NCBI GenBank assembly: GCA_943788175.1
Contig: CALSPG010000001.1
Span: 1 to 64,000, forward strand
DNA: 64,000 nt
From: an uncultured bacterium
GTDB taxonomy: Bacteria > Fidelibacterota > Marinisomatia > Marinisomatales > UBA1611
Direction of reading: 5' to 3'
The notes under the pieces were generated by a model that saw only the letters and a program-made list of their open reading frames with translations, searched no databases and had not been told where the DNA came from. Position 1 is the first letter of the stretch; every line of letters starts with the position of its first letter. Shown here piece after piece: positions 39,805 through 50,375 of the stretch. Position numbers and translations under genes: made by a program.

Positions 39805-40206
39805 TTATTTTTTAGTTATTACTGCCACATAGAGTGTATAAGCTGTTAAAATAATCCATAAAGCAACCGCTGGTTGAGGCGTTGCAATCATAGGCTCTGT
39901 TGGAAATTTTTCGTATGCAGACAAATTTGATGCAATAATTACAGCGTCCGCTATTGCCATAATACTTCCTACGCCGAGCAGTATTCTTTTTGCTTTTTTA
40001 CCCTCGATATCTCGAAGCATAAAAAAAGTATATGAAATCATCATAGAAAGCGTGCCACCAATATAACCCATCACTCTAGCCATGAACTGACCCTTTTCGC
40101 TCTCAACTAAAGCTTCTACACCTGTTGGGTTTAATACCCAGAAAATAAAAATATGAAAAGCAAACCAAGCTGCTAGTACTGTGAATACCATTTTAGGTTT
40201 TAACAT
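39805..40206 (-). CDS. Four-TM hypothetical membrane protein
   Basis: Hydrophobic ORF with AAGG RBS; resembles 55255-55635. Confidence 0.7.
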   Translation of the reverse strand: MLKPKMVFTVLAAWFAFHIFIFWVLNPTGVEALVESEKGQFMARVMGYIGGTLSMMISYTFFMLRDIEGKKAKRILLGVGSIMAIADAVIIASNLSAYEKFPTEPMIATPQPAVALWIILTAYTLYVAVITKK

Positions 40207-40373
40207 ATTATTAACCTTTCTTAAATGAAGTTATAAATTATTATCAGATTAAATTTAACTTTTTATTTAATGTATTTAAAAAATTTAATATTTGTAAAAA
40301 ATTGAAATCAATTTTAACAGGGTTATTTAAATTCGGTATCTGGAAAGTCAATTAAAAAATAAAAGAGAAATCA

Positions 40374-40829
40374 ATGAGCAAAAATATCCAAAGAATTAAG
40401 AAAAATTTAAATATCGTACTAAGCGCAGAAGGTAATAATGATATATCATTATTAATTCTTCGGGTTACGACAGGTTTATTAATGTTTTTTGGTCATGGAC
40501 TCAATAAGCTAACTGCTGGCACAGCAAGGTGGGAAAAGTTGGGGCATGCCTTTACCGATTTAATAGGCCTAGATTCATTTCACATATTTTTTGGTTTCTT
40601 AGCTTCCTTATCTGAATCAATAGGGGCTTTGTTAGTAGCTTTTGGCCTTGTTACTCGTTTTTCTTCATTCTTCTTATTTTTTACAATGGCAATAGCATCG
40701 CTAAAGCATTTATTAAAAGATGATTTTTCAGAATTAGCATTAATTTATGCTTTGATATGTCTAGTTATAATGATTTCGGGATCAGGTAAATACAGTTTGG
40801 ATTATTATTTGTTTAAAAAAAATGATTAA
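40374..40829 (+). CDS. DoxX family membrane protein
   Basis: LILRV..G..F.GHG..KL, GLVTR and GSGKYSLD. Confidence 0.88.
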   Translation: MSKNIQRIKKNLNIVLSAEGNNDISLLILRVTTGLLMFFGHGLNKLTAGTARWEKLGHAFTDLIGLDSFHIFFGFLASLSESIGALLVAFGLVTRFSSFFLFFTMAIASLKHLLKDDFSELALIYALICLVIMISGSGKYSLDYYLFKKND

Positions 40830-41220
40830 AATTTTGAATTTTATAAAGTCAACTTTCTCCATTACAATGTTTAGAAATCTATCAATGCTTTTCACGATAA
40901 TGTTTTGTCTTATAAAGGGTCAAAACGAACTGGATGGCAAGTGGTATAAGGATAGAACAAATTGGCAAATTTATATAAAAATCAATACATCGAATGATGG
41001 TCAAATGTTAGAAGAATATATAAAAGTGGCTGATAAACAAAATTTAATATATTCGAGAAAAGTTCATAAAAAGTGGCTTGGAAAACCCTACACATTAACT
41101 AAGTACAAGGGTAAATCATATAAAACTGAATTGAAACTCATTGATGATAAAACTATATTGTATGGGAATGATTTATATAAAAAGTATGATTTGCCGAGAG
41201 GTTTTTTAAAAGGTAGCTAA
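40822..41220 (+). CDS. Exported hypothetical protein (start possibly 40867)
   Basis: 132-aa ORF in operon context. Confidence 0.55.
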   Translation: MIKILNFIKSTFSITMFRNLSMLFTIMFCLIKGQNELDGKWYKDRTNWQIYIKINTSNDGQMLEEYIKVADKQNLIYSRKVHKKWLGKPYTLTKYKGKSYKTELKLIDDKTILYGNDLYKKYDLPRGFLKGS

Positions 41221-41226
41221 CATTTT

Positions 41227-42351
41227 ATGAAATATTTAAAATATTATATTTCTACCATTACAATTTTGAGCGCTGGGTACATATGCACATTGGGAAAATT
41301 CTTTCCATTGGTGTTTTTCATTTCTTTCTCTTTATTTATAATATTTGGAGATTTGATTTTAAAAGGCGATGATAAAAAACATAATTATAAATATAATTTA
41401 TTCCTAAATCTCCCTATTTATTTGAATCTGCCATTACTAATATTATTTTTGATGACTGTAGTATTCATCCTTGGAAATTCTGATGAAAATGTATACTCAA
41501 TATTTTTTCTAGATATTTTAAATATAGACTTATTACATTTGAGAGAGTCCATTTATTTTTCTGATAAAATAGCACTTATTGCCTTAACAAGCTTATTTAT
41601 CGGCATCATGGGTACAGTTCCAGGACATGAATTAAGTCATCGGATTAAGGAAAAATTTGATTTATTTGTTGGAAATTGGCTTTTATCTTTATCTTGGGAT
41701 TGTGCATTTGCGATAGAACACGTTTATGGACATCATAAAAATGTGGGATTACTTAAAGACCCTGCAACTGCAAAGCGCGGAGAGAATGTGTATAAATTTG
41801 TGTTTACCGCTATCATTAAAGAACAAATTGATGCTTGGAAGATCGAGATTGAGAGATTAAAGCATAAATCATTATTTATTTTCGGTTTTCAAAACAAATT
41901 AATGATAGGGTATTCTAGGAGCGCCCTCATTGCGGTTTTAGCCTTTTATATTGGTGGAATAAAGGGATTATTCATTTTTCTATTATGCGCTTTTACTGCG
42001 AAATCACTTTTAGAGGTTATTAATTATATTGAACATTATGGCTTAATAAGAGTGGCAGGTGAAAAAGTTATGCCAAGACATTCGTGGAATTCTAATAGTG
42101 TAATGAGTAGTATTTATCTCTACAATGTAACTCGACATTCTGCTCATCATGAAAAACCCTATCTTAAGTTTTGGGAGTTGGATGCATACCATAAGGCCCC
42201 TATGATGCCTTATGGATATTTAGCCATGTTATATATGACTATTTTTACTCCTTTTTATTTTCAAAAAATAATGTCTAAAAAGTTAGCAGAATGGGATAAA
42301 CTTTTTGCGTCAGATGAAGAAAGAAAAATAATAAAAGCACAATTTTTATAA
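41227..42351 (+). CDS. alkB: Alkane 1-monooxygenase-like membrane diiron enzyme
   Basis: His boxes HELSH, EHVYGHH, NYIEHYG and RHSAHH; DPATAKRGE. Confidence 0.88.
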   Translation: MKYLKYYISTITILSAGYICTLGKFFPLVFFISFSLFIIFGDLILKGDDKKHNYKYNLFLNLPIYLNLPLLILFLMTVVFILGNSDENVYSIFFLDILNIDLLHLRESIYFSDKIALIALTSLFIGIMGTVPGHELSHRIKEKFDLFVGNWLLSLSWDCAFAIEHVYGHHKNVGLLKDPATAKRGENVYKFVFTAIIKEQIDAWKIEIERLKHKSLFIFGFQNKLMIGYSRSALIAVLAFYIGGIKGLFIFLLCAFTAKSLLEVINYIEHYGLIRVAGEKVMPRHSWNSNSVMSSIYLYNVTRHSAHHEKPYLKFWELDAYHKAPMMPYGYLAMLYMTIFTPFYFQKIMSKKLAEWDKLFASDEERKIIKAQFL

Positions 42352-42422
42352 AGCTGTATTCAAGCTTTTTTAACATTAGATTAATGGATTGTGGTTTTAC
42401 TAACAAAAAAAAGGAGCTAAAA

Positions 42423-42842
42423 ATGGATATTAAAAAAATAGGTATTACTGGCGCAGTCGGCTTTGTCGTAATGGGAATAATTGGTGGCATAACCACTGTA
42501 TTGTTCTATGAAGGTCATATGACCTTATTATCTGAGAAATTTCCTGGAGTGGTACAATTCCCGCCTGATATGGCGCCTGCCATGATTGGAGGCCTTGTTT
42601 ATGTTTTTGTAATGGCTATCATTTATGATAAAATGGGTGTTTTGGGCGTAATTAATGGAGCAATCACTGGAGCATGGTTTGGCGGAACAAAATGGTTCTT
42701 TATGAATATGCAAATGGCAGGCCTGATGCCTAATGTATGGGGTGATATGACTTACATAGTGATTGATGTTTTTATTACTGGAATAATGTACGGTATTTCT
42801 GGAGCCGCAATGGGATGGGCGTTAGAGAAATTTAAAAAATAG
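42423..42842 (+). CDS. Hypothetical membrane protein
   Basis: AAGGAG RBS before MDIKK; four Gly-rich TM segments. Confidence 0.7.
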   Translation: MDIKKIGITGAVGFVVMGIIGGITTVLFYEGHMTLLSEKFPGVVQFPPDMAPAMIGGLVYVFVMAIIYDKMGVLGVINGAITGAWFGGTKWFFMNMQMAGLMPNVWGDMTYIVIDVFITGIMYGISGAAMGWALEKFKK

Positions 42843-42937
42843 ACTTTATCTAATAACGATGTCCTCATTGTTACTATTGGGGACCTCGTATGATTAGTTT
42901 TGATTATTATTTATTATTTATTTTGTAACTTAAACTC

Positions 42938-43345
42938 ATGAAGAAGTGTCCATATTGCGCCGAAAATATTAAAATCGAGGCTATTAAATGTCGTTTTTGC
43001 GGGGAATTTTTTGAAGAAGAATTTACGGATAAAGCTGAAAAGCCTAAGGTTGAAATCAAGGAAGTCTACGTAAACGATACTGACACTGCACAGTTAGATG
43101 AAAAGCCAAAAGAAATAAAAAGGCGAAGGCGAAGACTTTTAAGAATAAAAAATATTTTTAGTTTTGATGCGCCTTCATTTCTAATTGTTTCTACCATTAT
43201 TGGAGGTTTCGGCCTTTACCTGGATACATATTCTTCAGAAGAGCTTGAGTGGCTTGCTGTTATGTTACAAATGGTTGGTGGAATGTTGTTCCTTTATGCA
43301 TGCATAACTTTTGGCAAAAAAGATAGGCAAAATATTCTAGACTAA
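42938..43345 (+). CDS. Zinc-ribbon membrane protein
   Basis: CPYCAE...KCRFCGE plus two C-terminal TM helices. Confidence 0.75.
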   Translation: MKKCPYCAENIKIEAIKCRFCGEFFEEEFTDKAEKPKVEIKEVYVNDTDTAQLDEKPKEIKRRRRRLLRIKNIFSFDAPSFLIVSTIIGGFGLYLDTYSSEELEWLAVMLQMVGGMLFLYACITFGKKDRQNILD

Positions 43346-43394
43346 TTCAATGCCGCTAAATAAGCAGCATTAATCCAACATTTTAATTCTAAAC

Positions 43395-44510
43395 ATGAAA
43401 ATTTTAAAAATTATGTCTTATATAATTACCGTCCCGTTTACACTAATTTTACTATTTGTAAACCTCAGTCCCCAGTTTGGATCAAATCCAAAAAAACTAG
43501 AAAAGGAATATTATTCCGCTTATAGTAATTACGATGAAGGTGAATTTAAAAATAAAGAAGCAACGGCTCTTTTTACAGATGAAATGAGTTTCTGGGATTT
43601 TTTTAAAACAGAAATAAATAGAGTGCCTATAAAAGAATTGATTCCCCTAGACCTTGATATAAATTCATTTATTTCTAACAATTCAAATGAAATAAAATTG
43701 GTCTGGTTAGGTCACTCCGCTTTTATTATTAATATCAATGGTGTCATTGTCCTGCTCGATCCAATGCTCGGTAATCATGCAGCTCCGGTTCCTTTGCCAT
43801 CGTTAAAACGTTATAGCTCACAATTAGCTTTTGATATTGATGAATTAGAAAAAATTGATTTTGTTATTTACTCACATGACCACTATGACCATTTAGATTA
43901 TCCAACTATAAAGAAAATCAAAGATAAAGTTGGTCTATTTATAGTACCACTAGGCATCGGAAATCATCTAGAGGGATGGGGTGTAAATAAAAACTCTATT
44001 AAAGAACTTAATTGGGATGAATCTTACAAACATAACGAAATTGATTTTGTATGTTTACCTGCTAGACATTTTTCTGGAAGAGGCCCTTTAAATAGGAATA
44101 GTACTCTTTGGAGCTCTTGGGCTATTAAAAGCCCTTTCGGAAAAATATATTTTAGTGGAGATAGTGGGTATGGTTCTCATTTTGAGGAGATAGGATTAAA
44201 CCATGGTCCCTTTGATATCTCCTTAATAGATTGCGGTCAATATAATAAGGCTTGGAAATTTTCACATATGTTTCCGGAACAATCTATTAAAGCTGCAAAA
44301 GATTTAAAAAGTGAATATTTAATTCCAATACACTGGGGTGCCTTTACATTGGCCTCACACAGTTGGGTTGAACCACCTGAAATTGTTTCCAGAGAAGCGG
44401 TAAAGTTGCAGCAGAAATATCTTCTGCCTGAAATAGGGCAAGTACTTAAACTCGGTTCGAATCATAATACAACAAAAAAGTGGTGGAGAGAATTTAGTCA
44501 GGCCAATTAG
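43395..44510 (+). CDS. MBL-fold metallo-hydrolase (RomA/NAPE-PLD-like)
   Basis: WLGHS, SHDHYDHLD, PARHFSGR, FSGDSGY and PIHWG. Confidence 0.9.
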   Translation: MKILKIMSYIITVPFTLILLFVNLSPQFGSNPKKLEKEYYSAYSNYDEGEFKNKEATALFTDEMSFWDFFKTEINRVPIKELIPLDLDINSFISNNSNEIKLVWLGHSAFIININGVIVLLDPMLGNHAAPVPLPSLKRYSSQLAFDIDELEKIDFVIYSHDHYDHLDYPTIKKIKDKVGLFIVPLGIGNHLEGWGVNKNSIKELNWDESYKHNEIDFVCLPARHFSGRGPLNRNSTLWSSWAIKSPFGKIYFSGDSGYGSHFEEIGLNHGPFDISLIDCGQYNKAWKFSHMFPEQSIKAAKDLKSEYLIPIHWGAFTLASHSWVEPPEIVSREAVKLQQKYLLPEIGQVLKLGSNHNTTKKWWREFSQAN

Positions 44511-45516
44511 ATATTATGTTTTTTGCAAGCTTTCCTGCCGCCGTTAAATCTGATTCTTGCCATTGACCTAAAACGCTCGCACCTGGAACAACAATTGACC
44601 ATTCTTCTTCTTTATCATTTACTGACCAATTCACATGGCTAACTTTATTCAAATGGCACCAACTCATCCATTTATTTACTTCTAAATCAATTATACTATA
44701 TCCTATAGAGCCCCATTCAGAAATAAATATCGCAATTCCGCTATCTAAAGCAGCTGTTGCTCTTTCTCTAAGCCAATCTTGGTGATATACCGTGTAAAAA
44801 TGTAACGTGTAAGCAATATTTGCGAAGGTAGTAATTGGATCTTGAGCTGCAAGGTCTATTCTTTGCGACCATTCTGGAGACCCCACAATAATTAAGTTGT
44901 CTGGATCGATAGACCTAATTACTTCTATGACTTCTAGAGCATATGGTTTAACTACTTCAGACCAAGAAACATCAAGAGGCTCATTATAAATTTCATAAAT
45001 AATGTTTTCATATTCTCCATAATCCTGTGCCATTTCTTGAAAAAATATTTTTGCTTCTTCAATATGATTTTCAGCATGGTGTGAGTGCCAATCAATTATA
45101 ACATAAATGCCTTCATCTATGGCCGACTCAACTATAGTTCTTATTCTTAGCTTGTTTGCCTGCTGATTCTCCAAATAACCACCTGAATCCTCAACGCCCA
45201 TTGCTGCTCGAACAATTTTCGTATTCCAATCTCTCTTGAGCCACTTAACAGTAGAAGCGTTGTAAAATTTTTCTCCACCCCAGTTATCATTGCTCCAGAA
45301 AAAACTATTGCCGGCGAAACTCACAGGCTTATTATTTTTATTTACTATTTTATTTCCAGACACAGTTAACAAACCATTCAACTTCACAACTGAACTATCT
45401 ATTTCTTCAGGAATAATATTTGAGCTTTGTGTACTATCATTATCACAAGATATGATAAAAATATGAAGAAAGATAAAAGATGAGAGTAGAATAGTTTTAG
45501 TTGATTTATTGCACAT
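44494..45516 (-). CDS. Glycoside hydrolase family 5 endoglucanase-like lipoprotein
   Basis: VRAAMG, IIDWHSH, YEIYNEP, YTLHFY, FISEWG and NWS. Confidence 0.9.
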   Translation of the reverse strand: MCNKSTKTILLSSFIFLHIFIISCDNDSTQSSNIIPEEIDSSVVKLNGLLTVSGNKIVNKNNKPVSFAGNSFFWSNDNWGGEKFYNASTVKWLKRDWNTKIVRAAMGVEDSGGYLENQQANKLRIRTIVESAIDEGIYVIIDWHSHHAENHIEEAKIFFQEMAQDYGEYENIIYEIYNEPLDVSWSEVVKPYALEVIEVIRSIDPDNLIIVGSPEWSQRIDLAAQDPITTFANIAYTLHFYTVYHQDWLRERATAALDSGIAIFISEWGSIGYSIIDLEVNKWMSWCHLNKVSHVNWSVNDKEEEWSIVVPGASVLGQWQESDLTAAGKLAKNIISNWPD

Positions 45517-45710
45517 AAAAAAGAATCAGTTCCTTTTCTTAATTGATTTTTTAATTTAAAACATATTTAAAATTATTATTATTTGGATATTATTATCTCA
45601 TCATGGGCTTACACGTAAATTACCAATCAAAATACAATAGATGGTTTCATAAATCTTGTTTTTTATTAACTATCAATATAAAAATCTTAACAAAGGTTTA
45701 GATTTTTATA

Positions 45711-45740
45711 TTGACAATTTATATTCTCATTTAATAATTT
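45711..45740 (+). promoter_or_regulatory. Putative sigma-70 promoter for proteorhodopsin
   Basis: Perfect TTGACA followed 16-18 bp later by an AATAAT/TAATTT-like hexamer. Confidence 0.4.
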
Positions 45741-45823
45741 AAGAAATTAATTGGGTATTAATGCGTTAAATACCTGATGCGTTTAAGTAGCTTAAGCGTC
45801 AAAACAAGAAAAAAGGAGTAAAA

Positions 45824-46525
45824 ATGATAGCTTCAATAACTTTGTTAGCCGAAAACGATTACGTTGGCATGACTTTTTGGTTAGCCACTGCGATAATGTT
45901 GGCATCTACAGTATTTTTCTTTGTAGAGAGGTCTGATGTTAGTGCAAAATGGAGGACATCGATGACCGTTGCAGGATTAGTAACGGGTTTAGCGTTCTGG
46001 CATTATTTATACATGAGAGAAGCTCACCTGCAAGGCGAAGTAACTACTGTCTTTCGTTATATAGACTGGCTTATTACTGTGCCGCTTCAGATAGTTGAGT
46101 TTTATTTAATTCTTGCGGCTGTTACGGCAGTATCAAGTGTTCTGTTCTGGCGACTATTGGGTGCTTCATTAGTCATGCTCATTTTTGGTTTTCTTGGAGA
46201 AGCAGGTATTATGAATGCCACAATAGGCTTTGTAATTGGAATGGCCGGTTGGATATACATTATCTATGAAATTTTTGCTGGGGAAGCTGCAAAGCTTAGT
46301 GAGAACAGTAAAAATGCAGGTGGTCAATTTGCTTTTAATACCTTGAGATTAATTGTGACAGTTGGTTGGGCAATTTACCCTATTGGTTATTTTCTAGGTT
46401 ATTTATCTGGCGGTGAACCGAATTTTGATACGATAAATATCGTATATAATGTTGCAGATTTAGTAAATAAAACTGCATTTGGTTTGGCTATCTGGGTAGG
46501 TGCAACGATGGATAACTCTAAATAG
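45824..46525 (+). CDS. Proteorhodopsin (DTE proton pump, Gln at tuning site = blue type)
   Basis: FWHYLYM, RYIDWLITVPLQIVEF, GWAIYP and ADLVNK retinal lysine. Confidence 0.95.
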   Translation: MIASITLLAENDYVGMTFWLATAIMLASTVFFFVERSDVSAKWRTSMTVAGLVTGLAFWHYLYMREAHLQGEVTTVFRYIDWLITVPLQIVEFYLILAAVTAVSSVLFWRLLGASLVMLIFGFLGEAGIMNATIGFVIGMAGWIYIIYEIFAGEAAKLSENSKNAGGQFAFNTLRLIVTVGWAIYPIGYFLGYLSGGEPNFDTINIVYNVADLVNKTAFGLAIWVGATMDNSK

Positions 46526-46537
46526 TACAAACGTTCG

Positions 46538-46578
46538 TTAAAAAGTCAGGCAGCTTTGTTAAACTGCCTGACTTTTAA
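46538..46578. terminator. Bidirectional intrinsic terminator
   Basis: AAAAGTCAGGCAG...CTGCCTGACTTTT between convergent genes. Confidence 0.85.
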
Positions 46579-46592
46579 TTTAAAGTTGTAGT

Positions 46593-47258
46593 TCAATTAT
46601 ATCTTATGTTATCCACAATCTTTACTTGATCTGAAATTTTAGTGCTCAAATCTAATTTCTTTAAATTTGAGTGATTATGCACAAGTAATAGTTCTCTCTT
46701 CAAAACTTCGTATTTACTTCGCCCCAAGTCTTCTAAAGCTAAATAATTAAGGCTAAGTGAGTGCATCACTTGGTTGTATTTTTCAAAGAGAAAAGTTGAA
46801 TTGAAATTCAGCTTGTCTGTTTCAAAGCTTTTATAATCTAAGTCGATTATCTCCGTTTCAAAACCAGCACCATAACCATAGTTTAATTTTATTAAAAAAT
46901 ATTCAATATTGATCTTTCCAAATGGGATGGTAATATCTTTATCTTGATGGTCAATATCATCGAGATTAGATCTGAAAAATGTGTATCCATCATCATAATA
47001 ATTATCATTTTCAAAAGATGAAACTTGTAATTCTAAACTTTCATCTATAATTGGCAAAATATTTCGATAAATATTTTTAGTAGTATTGATTTTTTGTTTC
47101 TCGATGTCATTTAATAAACTGATTTGAGGTACTGAAGTTTTTTGTAATTTAGATATTTCACTTGAAGAAAGTTTTTCTAAAACTACTTCAATCAAATTGC
47201 CTCTTATTTGTATGTTTACCATATAAAGAATTAAACTATATTTAACTAAAATTTTCAA
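46593..47258 (-). CDS. Hypothetical protein (start possibly 47222)
   Basis: 221-aa ORF filling the gap between genes. Confidence 0.6.
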   Translation of the reverse strand: MKILVKYSLILYMVNIQIRGNLIEVVLEKLSSSEISKLQKTSVPQISLLNDIEKQKINTTKNIYRNILPIIDESLELQVSSFENDNYYDDGYTFFRSNLDDIDHQDKDITIPFGKINIEYFLIKLNYGYGAGFETEIIDLDYKSFETDKLNFNSTFLFEKYNQVMHSLSLNYLALEDLGRSKYEVLKRELLLVHNHSNLKKLDLSTKISDQVKIVDNIRYN

Positions 47259-47270
47259 ATAATTTAATAT

Positions 47271-48545
47271 ATGTCCATAAGTTTTAACGAAATAAAAAAG
47301 CTAGATCAATCTGATCCAATTTCAAATTTCAGAAATGAGTTTCATTTCCAAAAAAAAGATCTTTTATACCTAGATGGAAACTCTCTTGGGCGTTTGCCAA
47401 AAAAAACAATTCATGATTTAAATTCATTTATTACAGAAGAGTGGGGCAATCAATTAGTTGAAGGTTGGGAAAACTGGATAAATGAAGCTCAAGTTAGCGG
47501 TGATTTATTAGCAGAAAATGTTCTAGGTGCGAATTCAGGTGAGGTTTTAGTGTGTGATACAACTTCCGTCAATTTTTTTCAAATTTGCTTAGCTGTAGTG
47601 AAAGCAGCTTCAAATCGTAAAACTATTATAACTGATGCTGCTAATTTTCCAACAGATAGATATATATTAGAAGGTATCGCAAAAGATTTTGGTTTAAAAC
47701 TTATTATTATTGATAATGAAAAAACTGACGTTGATGAATATGAGCGTATTACGCCTACTATATTAAAACCTCATCTTAATGAAGATGTCGCACTAGTAAC
47801 TTTTCAAGTATTACAGTATAGGTCTGGTGCTCTTAACCCTGTGAAAGAAATTACAGAATTAGTAAGAGAATATGGTGCTTTGACTGTTTGGGATGCTAGT
47901 CACGCTGCCGGCTCAGTTCATCTTGAATTCTCAAAAAATGAAATTGATTTAGCCGTGGGATGTACATATAAATATCTATCATCTGGCCCTGGGTCGCCTG
48001 CGTATTTATATGTTAAAAAAAATCTTCAAGAAAAGCTCCAAGTTCCAATTCAAGGATGGTTTGCTCAGAAAGACCAGTTTGAAATGGGACCTAACTTTAT
48101 CAAAAGCCCCGATATTCGAGGCTTTCAAATTGCAAGTCCCTCGATACTGGGAATAAGATGCGTGAACGTAGCAATTGATATGATAAATAGAGCTGGAATG
48201 AAAAATGTAGTTCTAAAGGCTCAAGAAGGTACTGAAGTCATGATTAAACTATATGATACATATCTAAAGAATTTAGGCTTTAGACTAATGACTCCAAGAG
48301 ATAAAACTAAAAGGGGAGGTCACCTCTCTCTTATGCATGATAAAGCTAGAAACATTAGTATCGCTTTACGTAAATATGAAAATGTCATTGTCGATTACAG
48401 GAAACCTAACCAGATAAGGATCGCTATCTCTCCCTTAGCGATGAGCTATTCTGAGGTATATTTTGGTATGATGAAAATTAAGGAACTAACTGAAAGAAAA
48501 TCTTACGAAAAAATAAAAGATTTTGATGGAAAAAAAATATACTAA
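47271..48545 (+). CDS. kynU: Kynureninase
   Basis: YLDGNSLG, NFPTDRY, WDASH, GCTYKYL.SGPG and RGGH. Confidence 0.92.
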   Translation: MSISFNEIKKLDQSDPISNFRNEFHFQKKDLLYLDGNSLGRLPKKTIHDLNSFITEEWGNQLVEGWENWINEAQVSGDLLAENVLGANSGEVLVCDTTSVNFFQICLAVVKAASNRKTIITDAANFPTDRYILEGIAKDFGLKLIIIDNEKTDVDEYERITPTILKPHLNEDVALVTFQVLQYRSGALNPVKEITELVREYGALTVWDASHAAGSVHLEFSKNEIDLAVGCTYKYLSSGPGSPAYLYVKKNLQEKLQVPIQGWFAQKDQFEMGPNFIKSPDIRGFQIASPSILGIRCVNVAIDMINRAGMKNVVLKAQEGTEVMIKLYDTYLKNLGFRLMTPRDKTKRGGHLSLMHDKARNISIALRKYENVIVDYRKPNQIRIAISPLAMSYSEVYFGMMKIKELTERKSYEKIKDFDGKKIY

Positions 48546-48646
48546 ATCTGAAATAAGTAGATTATGTAACCTATCAGTAAGCCGCCGATGATTGCAATTA
48601 ATCTAAATAATGAAGGATTATCTTCAATTAAATCGTTTATGTCCAT
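48542..48646 (-). CDS. Putative 34-aa single-TM small protein
   Basis: MDINDLIEDNPSLFRLIAIIGGLLIGYIIYLFQI*. Confidence 0.4.
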   Translation of the reverse strand: MDINDLIEDNPSLFRLIAIIGGLLIGYIIYLFQI

Positions 48647-48700
48647 AGTATAATTTATGGGAACAATTACTATTCAATCAACATAACATTAGGGTCATTT

Positions 48701-49126
48701 ATGTTTAATTTAAATTTCCTTATCGATATTCATTTTTTATCAACTTCAATTATGGTGGGTGTGATATGGGTTATTCAGATTTTGCATTATCCTTCGTTTC
48801 ATTTCATTCAAAAGTCTGATTATCCAAAATTTCAACAATTTCATATGAGTCGAATTTCCCTTATCGTCATTCCTGCGATGATAATTGAATTTATTACGGG
48901 CATCATGATGCTCCAATTTGGATTTAGTTCAAACTTTTTATTTATTTCTTCATTATTTATATTGTTAATTATCTGGGGAATAACTTTAGTTTTTTTCACA
49001 AAAATGCACCAAGGTCTAACTAGTGGCTATAATGAAATAATTGTAAATAGGTTAATTTCAATAAATTGGTCCAGAACTCTATTATGGTCTCTAAGACTTC
49101 TTGTTTTATGTTATATCCGATTATAA
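48701..49126 (+). CDS. Four-TM membrane protein
   Basis: GVIWVIQILHYP and NWSRTLLWSLR. Confidence 0.75.
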   Translation: MFNLNFLIDIHFLSTSIMVGVIWVIQILHYPSFHFIQKSDYPKFQQFHMSRISLIVIPAMIIEFITGIMMLQFGFSSNFLFISSLFILLIIWGITLVFFTKMHQGLTSGYNEIIVNRLISINWSRTLLWSLRLLVLCYIRL

Positions 49127-49256
49127 AAAGATAGTTACCTCAAATTGATTAAAAATTCTTGATAAATAGTCTATTTGTTATATCTATTGTGTAAAAGTAT
49201 AGGATGCTAATTTTATAAACTATCATTTAATGTTTAAGATGAAAAAAGGAGTCTTC

Positions 49257-49592
49257 ATGAACAATTATAAAAATTGGACAGAATTAGAGTTTAAAGCATA
49301 TTTATGTTTATACGCGGCTGACTCAAATTTTGAATACAATGCTGATGAAAGAAAATTGATAGAATCAAAATTTGATGCAAAAACAATTGAAAAGGTTAAA
49401 TCAGAATCTGATAATCTGAATGATCATCAACGATCATCAATTATTAATCAATATGTTAGTTTAAAGAAATATAACCAAAAACAAATTGATGCGCTGCTTT
49501 CTGAGGTGAAAGAAGTCTACTTAGCTGATGGTAATTTTGACAAATATGAACAATCCATTTTTAAGATGCTTAAAAAAATAATGAAAGCATAA
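49257..49592 (+). CDS. TerB-like protein
   Basis: YAADSNF...ADGNFDKYE; AAGGAG RBS before MNNY. Confidence 0.55.
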   Translation: MNNYKNWTELEFKAYLCLYAADSNFEYNADERKLIESKFDAKTIEKVKSESDNLNDHQRSSIINQYVSLKKYNQKQIDALLSEVKEVYLADGNFDKYEQSIFKMLKKIMKA

Positions 49593-49601
49593 TAAAAATA
49601 A

Positions 49602-50375
49602 ATGCTTGGAAATGATGAACGCATAACGAGAGATATAGAATATATTATGAGAATTTATAAAAATAAACTTACCAGCCACCCTAGAGGTGATATTTCTAAT
49701 AAAAAAAATAGAGGAATTATTGTTGGAGCAACTGGAGCTACTGGGTCAAAACTTGTTAAATTATTATTGGAAAGTGATAAATGGGAAAAAATAACGACAG
49801 TTAGCCGCAAACCAGTTTTTGAGGGTAATAGTCATAAAAAGCTGAATGAGGTAATTATCAACTCCTTCGACAAACTCGATCAGACATTTAATCACTGGAA
49901 AGGACATGATTCATTTTTTAATTGTATTGGAACAACAAGAAAAATTGCTGGAGGTGCTAAACAATTTGTCGATATCGAATATGGTATATCTCTAAAGTCT
50001 GCTGAGTTAGCAAATAAAGCCGAAATACCTAATGCGTCAGTTATATCTGCAAGTGGTGCTAATCCAGATGGTTTTTCAGTTGATTGGATTCATCCTCTCT
50101 TATACACAAAGACGATAGGCTTGAAAGAAGAGACACTAAGTAGAAAATACAATTTTAATAATGTTTCAATATTTAGACCAGGAATGCTAATAAGATATTA
50201 TGATAAGACTTCATCCTTACAACAATTTTTCAATAATTCTTGTCTAGGGTTGCCTGTTAATTCACTTGCCTCAGCTATGAAACGTGATGCAGAATCAATT
50301 CAAACACAAGCAAGTAAAACTGAACCGATCGTATACATCGGTAATAAATGTATAAAATCTTCGATAACACTTTGA
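49602..50375 (+). CDS. Atypical SDR / NAD(P)H-binding protein (TIP30/HTATIP2-like)
   Basis: VGATGATG, CIGTTR, LYTKT and IFRPGML. Confidence 0.8.
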   Translation: MLGNDERITRDIEYIMRIYKNKLTSHPRGDISNKKNRGIIVGATGATGSKLVKLLLESDKWEKITTVSRKPVFEGNSHKKLNEVIINSFDKLDQTFNHWKGHDSFFNCIGTTRKIAGGAKQFVDIEYGISLKSAELANKAEIPNASVISASGANPDGFSVDWIHPLLYTKTIGLKEETLSRKYNFNNVSIFRPGMLIRYYDKTSSLQQFFNNSCLGLPVNSLASAMKRDAESIQTQASKTEPIVYIGNKCIKSSITL

